DNA of 32,487 nucleotides. Origin: Nemertoderma westbladi (Eukaryota; Animalia; Xenacoelomorpha). Under the pieces are notes generated by a model. It searched no databases. It saw only the letters and a list, made by a program, of their open reading frames with translations, and was not told where the DNA came from. How positions within the stretch are numbered: position 1 is the stretch's first letter; each line of letters opens with the position of its first letter. This document shows, piece after piece, positions 1 to 10,193 of the stretch. The position numbers were made by a program, and so were the translations under genes. Location of the stretch: the NCBI GenBank assembly GCA_032718475.1, contig JAUCBJ010002339.1, forward strand, positions 1-32,487, in the 5' to 3' direction.

Positions 1-324
1 CACTATAATGTACCTACGATGACAAGAATATGTTGAAAATACTGCTGAGCTTCAATAATGTGAAACATAAATGATTTCGCTTGGAGTAATGTAGAGTAAA
101 TGTAATATAAAAAGATGTCTAATAAACAGGAAAACCATATAAAAAATATAAATAATCTAATACATAATATTCCAGAATCGAAAGAGAAAAATGTCTTAGT
201 TTTACAGAAGATAATTTATACAATTTATACGATATTTACATTGTATTGACATTTGTATTTACAAAAATAATGGGTAAGATAAAGAATGTTACAGTAGAAA
301 TACAATAACACGTGCACCAACAGA

Positions 325-2853
325 CTACTTCTTCTTTTTCTTTCCCTTTTTCCCGGATTTTTTCCCTTTCTTCCCCTTCTTTCCCTTCCCATCGTCGTCA
401 TCGTCTCCCTTTGCCAGCTTGGCTCGTTTCTTTCCGAGCGGCGTCTTCCCGTACCACGTCTTGAATGCTTCCTCTTCCTCCTTGTATATCGGGTCGATCT
501 TCGCTAGCGGAGCCACGAACTCGGATGCGACGAGTGGTTTCTTCGCGAGTTGAGTGATCCTCCGATCCGTAAGTACGGACTGCACCGCCGTGGAGATGTG
601 ACCCATCGTGTACCCGTCGCAGACCTTACACAACGATGACAGATCCAACGCCTTGCTCAGCGTTCCTCCGTATTTGGGGATTAGAGTCTTTATGATGACG
701 TAACGGGACGCGTAATCCGGTCGAGGAATCAGAACGCTTCGTTGGAACGCCCCGGAGAGTGGCTTCAACTCGCAATCGAACGGCGCTTTACTTGTTCCCA
801 CGAATAAAATCCGATCGTCAGCTTTTATTGTCTTCAGAACTTTCGGTAAATCCTTTTTTAAACGTTTTGGGTCGGAAGGATCGCCTTTAGGCGCTTTCTT
901 CAGGAAGGTCCGCTCGCAATCACCTATATAGACAACAGACGGTTGTAAGGCCCTCCCGACTTTCATTACCATATGGATGAGCATGGCGAGGCCTTTCTTT
1001 CCGGGGTACTTCCCACCGATGTTGGTCGCAGTGAGATCGAATAGATTGGCTCCGGTTTCAGTACAAATCGCGTGTGTCAGCATCTTCTTACCGGTGCCTC
1101 GGGGTCCCGCCAGCAGCACCGATTTCACCAGCGGTGATTTCTCGTGCACCGCTTCGGATCCGAGCGGCAGCACCGCTAGTTCCGTAACGACCCGCCGCAC
1201 ATCGGCGAGACTCGGCATGGGTTCGACGCCGGCTTGGCGCAATGTCGTACCCAGGTAACTGTACTCCCCAAGGTACTCCGTCATAGAGACCTTGGGGCAT
1301 CGCTGTAACACGTTCTGTTCTACTAACTCCTCGTACAAAGACTCAATGGTTCGATCCGGGGTCAAATCTTTCTCTTTCTTCTTTTTACCTTTCTTCCCCT
1401 TCTTTTTTCCCTTCTTCTTTTTCTTCTTCTTCTTCTTCCCCTTTCCGGCTTTCTCTCTGTCGACAGCCAACCTTAGATTCTTCAATTCCTCTCGCATTAA
1501 CTCATCAACTTGAACGCGAATTTCGTCTTCCACTTCTTTGCGCTTCGATTCCTTGATGAGATCGCTGTCGAACTTCTGACTGAAGTTATTGGTTTCATCC
1601 CGTGTTTGCCATGTATCTTCGTAACCCTTATGACACTGCTCCATGGGAGAAAGAAACTCCGACGGTTTCAAAAGAAAACCTTCGTCCTCGGAATCGTCAC
1701 CTTTCTTCCCTTTCTTGCCCTTTTTACCTTTTTTTCCCTTTTCCTTCTTATCCTTTTTCCCCTTCTTTTTCCCAGATTTTTTCCCCTTCTTACCTTTCCC
1801 GCCTCCCTCTGCATCCTTCTCCGCCAGCTCTTTCGCCAACTCAGCGGGGTCCTTTTCCTTAAATATTCCAGCCGATCCACCATCCTCCTCATCTGGAATA
1901 TCCGGAAACTTCCCGGTTGCATCGCGAACCTCCAGAAACCACTGCCGAATCTGATCTTGCATCCTCTCCTTTATGTCGGGACCTTCCACCTCTCTAACTT
2001 TCTCTTTAATAGAAACGAGAGCCCCCTGGTACTCCCTCTCATGTTCCTCCAACGTCACTCTCCTTGCATGCTCTGTTCTCGCCGCCAACGTCTGCGGTTT
2101 CATTTTCTGACTACTAGGAAGTGGAGGCGCCATCATCCCAATAAATATCATTTCCTCGTCTCTCTCACGTTTTATTCTCTTCCTTATCGCGTAGCCTTTC
2201 CAAACCTTCTGGATGTTCAAGGCAGCGACTTCAGGGTCCAGAGTCGGGTCTCCACGCAACGCTGCCGACCTCTCCTTCTCCTCTTGATCCCGTATCTCCT
2301 TCATAAATCTCGCCCTGAGTCGCCCCTGCCGAGCCCTTTCGTGGACCTGTATCAACTTAATCGCGTCCTCGATCGATATCTTAACCTCTTCTTCGTCTTT
2401 CTTTTCCTCAGCTCCAATTCGGGCTAGAATTGTGCCCAACATTTTCTCTCTCTCTTTCAGAACCTTGGCGCGTTCCAGTGTGAAATACTTCGGGATCGGC
2501 ATTTCAATATCCTGCGGAGTCAACTTCAGATCGGTGAGAATGTCATCAAAATACTGGAACTCAGAAAATTCTAATCCCTGTAATTCACCTTTTAATTCTA
2601 GAACACGCCCCATAACCGAATCCAACAGATTCCTTAATAATCTTCTTTTTTGGGGATGGACAATTTGATCGTAACATTGTTCCAAGTTTCGGAAGCTTTG
2701 AATGTACTTAATGTACATGTTTGATACTGTTTGTACAGCAACATGACGGTCCTTCTCTGGTTTGGGAGGCGCGGACGGTAACTCTTGAACTAAGAGGTCT
2801 TTAATTGCCGCGTCAGAATGAGCCCATTGTAAATTATAAGCTGCGTGAGACAT
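325..2853 (-). CDS. IQCA1: IQ and AAA domain-containing protein 1 / dynein regulatory complex subunit 11 (DRC11), 842 aa, single coding exon
   Basis: N-terminus has the recognisable IQCA1 blocks (YIKYIQSFRNLEQCYDQIVHPQKR, VMGRVLELK, FDDILTDLKL, PIPKYF). Also an IQ motif (NIQKVWKGYAIRK), Lys-rich linkers, KKEKDLTPDRTIESLYEELV, Walker A GPRGTGKK and an atypical Walker B (VVYIGDCE). Confidence 0.95.
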   Translation of the reverse strand: MSHAAYNLQWAHSDAAIKDLLVQELPSAPPKPEKDRHVAVQTVSNMYIKYIQSFRNLEQCYDQIVHPQKRRLLRNLLDSVMGRVLELKGELQGLEFSEFQYFDDILTDLKLTPQDIEMPIPKYFTLERAKVLKEREKMLGTILARIGAEEKKDEEEVKISIEDAIKLIQVHERARQGRLRARFMKEIRDQEEKERSAALRGDPTLDPEVAALNIQKVWKGYAIRKRIKRERDEEMIFIGMMAPPLPSSQKMKPQTLAARTEHARRVTLEEHEREYQGALVSIKEKVREVEGPDIKERMQDQIRQWFLEVRDATGKFPDIPDEEDGGSAGIFKEKDPAELAKELAEKDAEGGGKGKKGKKSGKKKGKKDKKEKGKKGKKGKKGKKGDDSEDEGFLLKPSEFLSPMEQCHKGYEDTWQTRDETNNFSQKFDSDLIKESKRKEVEDEIRVQVDELMREELKNLRLAVDREKAGKGKKKKKKKKKGKKKGKKGKKKKEKDLTPDRTIESLYEELVEQNVLQRCPKVSMTEYLGEYSYLGTTLRQAGVEPMPSLADVRRVVTELAVLPLGSEAVHEKSPLVKSVLLAGPRGTGKKMLTHAICTETGANLFDLTATNIGGKYPGKKGLAMLIHMVMKVGRALQPSVVYIGDCERTFLKKAPKGDPSDPKRLKKDLPKVLKTIKADDRILFVGTSKAPFDCELKPLSGAFQRSVLIPRPDYASRYVIIKTLIPKYGGTLSKALDLSSLCKVCDGYTMGHISTAVQSVLTDRRITQLAKKPLVASEFVAPLAKIDPIYKEEEEAFKTWYGKTPLGKKRAKLAKGDDDDDGKGKKGKKGKKSGKKGKKKKK

Positions 2854-2854
2854 T

Positions 2855-2876
2855 CTATAAAGGATAATGAGTGAGT
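2855..2876 (-). other. 3' splice acceptor one nucleotide upstream of the IQCA1 ATG (5'-UTR intron or trans-splice site)
   Basis: Minus strand reads actcactcattatcctttatag|aATG: pyrimidine-rich tract plus TAG directly before the start codon. Confidence 0.5.
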
Positions 2877-3779
2877 TTTATGAGTAATAAATGTGTCTGT
2901 ACCGCGGTATCGCTGGGTAGGTGAAGAGTTTATTGTTGCTCCCGAACTTAAATATTCAGCTTTTCAGATAGGTATCACCGCAGTATTTCCTGTGTTATTT
3001 CATAATTGTATAAAATAATCTTTATCCCAAATTATTGATGATACAATTACTATTGGTATTAACAATCAAATGTACCTTCAAGTTTAGAAATCTAATTCAT
3101 AAATTTTAAATTATCCTTTTTATTCCTTAATTGTTTAGCCGAATGTAAATAATACGCATTTACATTTTTACTATTTGCTGCTACGGCCATTTATGAATAA
3201 GTATTCATAAGCCGAGACATGGGGGCGGGGGGGACTTGACGCAAATCCCGTCTCGGCGAATTAATATCCCGCCTCAATGTTTAGTCATCAATTAAGGGAA
3301 ATGAGCAGGTTACAGTGGCACGTTATTCTAAACAAAGTTGATTGCGTCGAAAGACCCCCCCCCCCCCCCCCCCCATATATGCATAAGCCACGTCGAACAA
3401 AAGATAATTTAATAATTAAATTATCATAATTGTAGTAATTAAATTAGAGATCTAACAACATGCAACAACAAATATTTTGTTGGCAAAATATAATCAGTAG
3501 GCTGTACGCTGTAGGCCAACTAGCAATTGTAACACCACAGTTCTTCCTTCAGGTCAAGTTTTTCTTTATGAAAAAGATACCGTGTACCATATAAGCCGTT
3601 ACTGGTATCTTGCACTTGCACATGGTTGCACCACTTTACCCTACATAAATTTATAGCAGTAAAGGTAGACCGATTCAGAAACAGTACCGGTCAGCCGGTA
3701 CAGTACTGCAGTACAATAAAGAGTTACTGAGGTATCGGTGGAAATAATTTGTATTTATGTTGCTGGACAGTTATTTACC

Positions 3780-3792
3780 GTTACCTAGCAAC
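3780..3792. promoter_or_regulatory. X-box (RFX-binding site) upstream of IQCA1
   Basis: GTTACCTAGCAAC fits GTNRCC-N(0-3)-RGYAAC and lies about 930 bp upstream of the ATG of a motile-cilia gene. Confidence 0.6.
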
Positions 3793-5173
3793 CAGACAAT
3801 CAGCTGAAATTTTACAGCTGATTTATTGTACACACATGGCCAACTGACGAGATGCCTTGTAACAAAGATACCTTTCCTTGCATCAACAATACAAAATTAT
3901 TATTGATTACCATTACGGTTACGGTACGGTTGAATTGTAGCGTTAGTCCAGTCGATATCTGCAGATCATATCTAATTTAGAATAATGTTTCTAAGTGATT
4001 GGGAAAAAAATATTGTTTAGAAAATGTATATTTAAACAATTTTGAAGATTGTTCTGGTGTATTCTGTAGTTAAATTAGGCTTACTTATTAGGCTTACGTA
4101 TAAACTATATACGAACACTAAATTATATATTTCCCAGATTACATAGTTTTCGCACTAAATATACTTTTTACCGCCCCAAAACAATAGCCCCAAATTTCAT
4201 GTTTTCTGTAAGCAATATACATTAAAGCTACGTCTGCTGTATGTCACAATTCTAAAACCTAAACTGGCAACGCCATGGCCTATCGCATAGAAAATTAGTG
4301 GAACGTGAGGTATAATTTATACAGTACATTACGACATATTTTCTCTCTAGAAGTATTAAGAATGGTATAATGTTCGTTAGTGCACCCCCATGATAATCAT
4401 TATGCTTTAACAATTAATTTGGGGTAGCACTACTTAATACTTCACCATTAAAATGATAGGCATCCACTCTACGTGTTTTTTTAAACAACTAATTAATTAT
4501 TTTAAATTGCTAAAAAAGGGTTTATGTTTAAACAAATTTTTCCTTTTATCTGAAATATACAATCTCTGGTTAAACAACTGCAGACGTTCATTCATTGTCA
4601 TGCTTAGTAAGAATAATGTACTAACTATCTCATTCATTACTTGCTGTTACACTGCACTGCTTGGACATCCATTGTAACATGCTTAGTTATCGATTTCTGC
4701 AAGGGGTAATGACAATGCACTAGCATATTACGTTATTACTGTAATTCATGAATTACTGCCTGGACACGGGTTCATGATATTTCTCGGATAATTATTTAAC
4801 TTTTTGCTTTTCGTGGGAGTCGACTTTATTTGTATATTCTTGTATCTTTGGTTGGATCTGTGCTGTCAAAGTAGGCCTAGGTTTTGAACACATACTGTAT
4901 AGTCGTATCAACACTACAGGTACATCCAATTATTAATATCACTAATACTTATTATCGAAAATAAAAACTCTAAATTGAAATGGCATTTCGTGACCCTCCC
5001 CACCCCACTAATGTAGGCCTTTGCTTAACAGTTATATTGGTGTAAATATTAGTAGCGTGATGGCTTATTGGTAGTTTATTGTGTTTAGTGTCGGATACCA
5101 TTACCAGACAACCATATACTGTACAATTATACTCTGTACATGATTATTACTGTATTTGCCAATTGCATATTAT

Positions 5174-6520
5174 TAGGGATGTTGCGAATGTCCGCGTCCG
5201 CATCCGCGGATATCCGCATGATTTTTGGCATCCGCATCCGCACCCCTGGCATGCGGAGCAGATGTGACATGCGGATGTTACACCATGACCTACTAAACCA
5301 CGACCTGCCAAGTTGCAGCAGGACCACAAAATTAGTGGGCCTATTGATTTTTAGATGGATAAATGTGAATAAGTATATATAACATACAGTAGAATTGGCA
5401 CATCCAATGTCAACTGACAAGTTTCAAGAAGTATAATGTTGCTAATTAGGAAAAGTGTAATGTATTGAATTTATAAAATAATCGGTGCTTTCCTGTAACC
5501 CCCCCCCCCCCCCCCCCCCCCATCTGATGTTAAATTCCTTTCATGATGTTAAAACTATGCTGTTATTGACAGCATTGTGTGTTAAGTAGCACTTTTTCAC
5601 AGCATTTATGGCACTGAGTTATTTTTTCATGAATGAGCAAAGCGAGCAAGTGCAAGCAATAAAGAAAACGAGGATTGTATGATGAATATAAATCACTTCT
5701 TACAAAACTCATAACAATATAAACATACACAAATGATTTTTCGAATATAAACTATTGACAATTATAATTATTATTGACATTGTATTACTATAACTACAGT
5801 ATAAGTCCTTATTTCGTTGTCTCAATTTAAATTTTTTAATTTGGCTTTCCCGAACACATTTACTGCCGTCAAGAAGACAACAGATTTATTGGACAATTCG
5901 TGCGCTTTACAACGAAATCCCAGGTCATAACTCCCACAGAAGTTCTAACATTATCATACCTGGAAGGCAAGCTATATTTAAATTTTAAAAACCGGCCCAC
6001 TAATTTCGGGGGGCTGCTGCAGCTTGGCAGGTCGTACTTTAGTAGGTCATGGTTACACGCACTACTGTATCTAAGCATCCTGTCTGCGCTTTCCAACAAA
6101 TAACCACTCAATTAAAAAAAAATTAAACAATAATTACTTTTTTTATCTTAAACTTTTTTGCTTTTTATCTTTAAGATTATCAAAATATCAAATAATAATC
6201 AAAATTATTTCTTACTAGATAACAACTTGGCAGAAGTAAATGCATTCGGTCCTGTTGTATGTATTAAGGATAAGCACTGCATAATTTTGTTATGATTTAG
6301 CAATAATTTTGTTCGTTATATTATTGTTAGATTATTGGGAATGAATATTAATAGAAGATTAGAATATTAAAATGCTGGTGTAATCTTTATGTACTGTAGA
6401 AAGAAGGCCAGACAAAAATATGTATGTTTTAATAGACATCCGCATCCGTGCCGATGTCACCTCAGACATATGCATCCGCATCCGCATCCGTATACGGGGA
6501 TGTCAACAATATGACATTCA
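5174..6520. mobile_element. Degenerate non-autonomous DNA transposon (hAT-like TAGGGATG end), host of a nested element
   Basis: Left end TAGGGATGTTGCGAATGTC with subterminal CATCCG repeats at 5190-5278. CATCCG repeats recur at 6437-6490, followed by GACATTC (6513-6519), the inner part of the expected right TIR. The outermost right TIR and TSD are lost. Confidence 0.55.
5284..6051. mobile_element. MITE with CATG...CATG termini and 7-bp TSD (P-element-superfamily-like)
   Basis: Imperfect TIRs of about 70 bp (CATGACCTACTAAAccACGACCTGCCAAG... / ...CTTGGCAGGTCGTacTTTAGTAGGTCATG). Flanked by GTTACAC at 5277-5283 and 6052-6058. Confidence 0.8.
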
Positions 6521-7020
6521 AAAATATGACATATTATCAATCACCACTCAACTCACTAATAACAGATGCAGTGATAGTCCGAACCATATCCAGATATCTA
6601 AATCCTTTCTTAAATTAAAAATTAATTAAAATGTCTTCTCCATTCTCCTCTTTCTGTCTTTTGACAAATTGCAAACATTCTAAATTAAGCTTCAACAGTT
6701 CAACGATAAGCTGTAGTGTATACCATGAAAGATAAAAGGGGAAAATCTGTTTTATGGCGTTGCAGCGTTGTGTTAATCGACCAAAGTGTTTTTGTCTGTT
6801 GGTTTGGCAAGAACATCTATCGACTTTTCTAATCCTGTAATCCAACCGAACTCAATCTCAGTCTGTCAGTAGCCACTCCAAGCACCAAGGAATGTCACAC
6901 CGGACACCACACGCACTGCGGCACCGGCTGACCGGTCGGTACCGGTATATGGAATGGAAGTGCAGAAGTTGGTAATACTGCATTATAACGACACCCCAGC
7001 GTCCCCAGCAGATGGTACAT

Positions 7021-7930
7021 AATCTTGTATTACGTGTTAACTTTAGTTCATTGTTTTGGTTCCCATGCCCATAACTCGCCTCTGTCTGTAACCTGCTCCT
7101 TTACTAACCTGCCTAGAGCACATGTCTATTATCAAATTATAATGTAAAAGCAGAAATGCAGTGCTGGGCTGCTGGGGGTGTCTTTATAATGGATACATGA
7201 CCGAACGTAATCAGGATCGAATGTATAACTATTACGTATCGAACGTAACCGCAATTATGTTACATTATTGGATCCTATAACTATGTTACATTCGATCTAC
7301 AAATTACAAGATTTAAAGGAGCAGGTTACAGTACAGAGGCGTGTCGGAGGAACCAAAACAATAAACGAAAGTTAACACATATTCCAGGCTGCAAATGAAG
7401 TGCAAAAATCGCAACGCGTTGTGCGCGAATTTGAAATAGTGCGCGGTAAAAGCGCGCGGAATTGAAATAAAAGTGCGCGGAATTATGTGAAAGACAACAA
7501 AATTGCACAGTAATCTGTGCAAAAGATCAAAAGTCGTAAAGTGCGCGTACAGGTGGATGAGGTGTAAAAAAGTTTACATGCATTCACAGATTCAAAAGTG
7601 TGAGAAAAATAATTTGCCACAAAAAATTTAGCTCGCTTCGCTCGCGTTTCTTTGCATTTTGCACTGTTAGAATGAAAAAATTTCGCTTACTTTGAGTTTT
7701 GCTCGCGTTTCTTTTTCATTTCGCACTGTTAGAATGAAAAAATTTCGCTCACTTTGAGTTTTGCTCGCGTTTATTTATCATTTTGCACTCTTTGCAGCCA
7801 GGCACATAGGCCTATTACACGATTATGCAGGTTACTTTTGTTTAAAGGCTGAACAGCTGAAAGGAGCAGGTTACAGAGGCGTGTTGGGAGAACCAAAACA
7901 ATATACGAAAGTTAACACTTGTTACAAGAT
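7021..7930. repeat. Three local copies of an about 80-bp dispersed repeat: 7021-7103 (-), 7314-7383 (+, interrupted), 7860-7930 (+); partial fourth copy near 24378-24420
   Basis: Shared core AAAGGAGCAGGTTACAGAGGCG...GAACCAAAACAAT..AC.AAAGTTAACAC....TACAAGATT. Confidence 0.75.
7385..7801. mobile_element. MITE of about 420 bp (hAT-like CAGG end) with an internal tandem repeat of about 61 bp
   Basis: CAGGCTGCAAATGAAGTGCAAAA ... TTTTGCACTCTTTGCAGCCAG. Flanks CACATAtt and CACATAgg are TSD-like. About 2.5 tandem copies at 7641-7790. Confidence 0.7.
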
Positions 7931-8050
7931 TATTTAGGTTACTTAATTGGGTCTTTGTTTTGTACTCACCAACACCAAACTGTTTCTTCCTGTAAATAAA
8001 CGAAGCATTTCATCGGTTAACTCATGAAATCAAAACACAACTGAAATATA

Positions 8051-9428
8051 TGGGGTAAGCTGGGGTGAAGTGAGCTAGGGGTAAAATGAGCTATTTTTTA
8101 TTTTGTTTTTTTTTTAATATATAAATTTTTGTTATTTTAATTCTCTAAAATCATTACAATGTCTACAAATATCCTAGCTTTGATCTAATAAACGAAATAA
8201 ATTATGACAGTTTGAAATTTCGAAGCAATCAATATTTTTACAAAATATGAAAAAAAAGTTGAAAATTCCTGCATACGAACTTTTTGGCTATTGACTTTAA
8301 AATAAAAAATTATAAACAACGAATCGAGGCTGTCGAGGTAGAGAGTTGTCATTACCGCAAATAAATGGTAAATAAGTGATACTTGAGATATCCCATGCAC
8401 TTTTTATCATTCTGTAGGCCTAACTACAGAACTAATTATTTATTTATATAATTAATTAATTTAGTTCACTTTACCCCTTTATTTTATTGGCAATGGCTGA
8501 ATGGGGTAAAGTGAGCTATTTAATTTTCGTGCTGTTTATTATTTTATATTTCTTTATATCTCTTATTTGTAACAGAACGTTGTTTGGATGTCTGGTAAAC
8601 CTATACTATTCTTTAGGTTTTAGCTGTTAGGGGCTAAGTGGGTCTAATAAATAAACGTACGAATCAGAACTGCTGAACTGTTAGGCCTGTCAGCCTGTAG
8701 GCAGTTAGGCCTACAATTTCAACTACTACACTGCAGCACTGCTGCACTGTGCTGTGCTGTGTATTCAGGTTTATTGTTTGTAGTAGCTGAGTAGCATGCT
8801 ATGTGCAGTAAGTAAGGTTTTTTTTATAATTGGAAGCACTGAATTTGTTTGGATTCCATTGTTTGTATGTCTGTATGTATGCGCATGCGGGGACCCAAGA
8901 TAATCAGATAATTGGCTGATTGGTATATGTTTGTTTATCTGATGATTTTTTTAAAACATAACAAATGGTTCACTTTACTGCTTTACCCCCTGAAAATTAC
9001 TGATTGGGGTAAAATGGTTTTGAACATAATTTGAGAGAAAGCTAACTTTGCCTCATGAGTGGGGTAAAGTGAGCTATTCGAGAAGTCAAAAAAACATAAT
9101 CTGCCAGTCTGCCTATTTAATAGGCAAATTATGTTTTGATTATATCATAGCAATTACTGATTGGGGTTAAATGGTTTTGCAAATGATTTTAGAGATAGCT
9201 CACTTTGCCCCATGAGTGGGGTAATTTGAGCTACCTGTGTGCTCTAAACAAAAGGTATACCGTAATTTTCCTATTTAATATGCAAATTATGTTTTAATTT
9301 TTGTCAGATGGTTTAGAGCAATAATGTAGTGCACAATGGAATGCATTGGTATTTCCTCAATGTGATATTAACTATTGTTAAAACACGAAAAACTCCTAAA
9401 GTAGCTCACGTCGCCCCAGTTTACCCCT
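8051..9428. mobile_element. Non-autonomous TIR element (pogo/Tc1-mariner-like GGGGTAA ends) nested in the MULE
   Basis: GGGGTAAGCTGGGGTGAAGTGAGCTA ... TAGCTCACGTCGCCCCAGTTTACCCC. The GGGGTAAAGTGAGCTA motif is reiterated internally (about 8068, 8503, 9061, 9218), and there is an internal tandem duplication of about 157 bp at 8995-9300. Confidence 0.7.
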
Positions 9429-10193
9429 GTCAGCCTGTACAGCTGTATGTTACATTCGAGCTTAGTAATTTTATTGATCGAATGTAACATAGTTATAGGA
9501 TCCAATCCAATGTAAGATAATTGAGGTTACGTTCGATTCTTAAAAACTATATTACATTCGATCCTGATTACGTTCGGTCTGTCCTGCTGTCACCCCTTTA
9601 TAATGCGTAATGCAGTGGTGCTATGCACTATGGAAGTTATCCTTTCTCCTGTCTATATAGCTGTATACAGCAGTACAGGTATATGCATAGATAATAACTT
9701 TAATCTGTTAATAAGCCCAGTCTGAGTCTGCGTGTCTGGGCCTCTCTGCCTGAGACAGTCAGACAGCAGGACAGAGTCTATAGATAGATACAGCTGTATC
9801 AGATCATCAGCTGATCAGAGCACAGTGTATTTCCCATCCCGATCCCGACAGCCCGGTAGTCAGATCAGTTAGTCAGTTAGTACGGTACTGTAGTAAGTGT
9901 AGTTAGACCTATAAACTGATATAGTATGAATCTGAAAGTAGGACTATGCTATATTGCTATGTGGTTTGTTGGAGAATATGACTATGACATGTATGATTTC
10001 ACTATTTTGTTTGATCTGTTGAATCTGATTAGTGATTAGGCCTACCATACTGATTCACTGCTGGGCTGCTGCGCCAGCAAAGTACAGACTGACAGAAGTA
10101 TTACAGTATTATATTATTATTAGTGCAGTACCGGTACCTGGTGATCTTCGGTCTGATTTTATCTCATTATGACAACATCGTCCAACTACAAAT

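Larger units (their letters stand above)
7191..9595. mobile_element. Non-autonomous Mutator-like (MULE/foldback) element with long TIRs and 9-bp TSD
   Basis: TIRs of about 110 bp (GACCGAACGTAATCAGGATCGAATGTA... from 7199; ...TACATTCGATCCTGATTACGTTCGGTC to 9579), GG...CC termini, and CTTTATAAT duplicated at 7182-7190 and 9596-9604. Confidence 0.75.
6977..9616. mobile_element. Small (about 220 bp) TIR element whose right TIR is split by a 2.4-kb insertion
   Basis: Left ACTGCATTATAACGACACCCCAGC..CCCAGCA (6977-7010) is inverted relative to TGCTGGGCTGCTGGGGGTGTCTTTATAAT (7162-7190). The rest of the right TIR (TAATGCAGT) resumes at 9608-9616. Confidence 0.6.

Noticed and set aside
977-2668. Overlapping ORFs on both strands within IQCA1 (e.g. 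1510-2427, 305 aa)
   Set aside because: Shadow ORFs; the Phe/Leu/Pro-rich content simply mirrors Lys/Glu/Gly codons.
3211-3258. GCCGAGAC...GTCTCGGC short inverted repeat
   Set aside because: An 8-bp stem with no definable element boundaries; probably a TE fragment or chance.
4453-8400. Short ORFs in the intergenic region
   Set aside because: Most fall in MITEs and the rest in AT-rich spacer; none shows transposase or other domain motifs.
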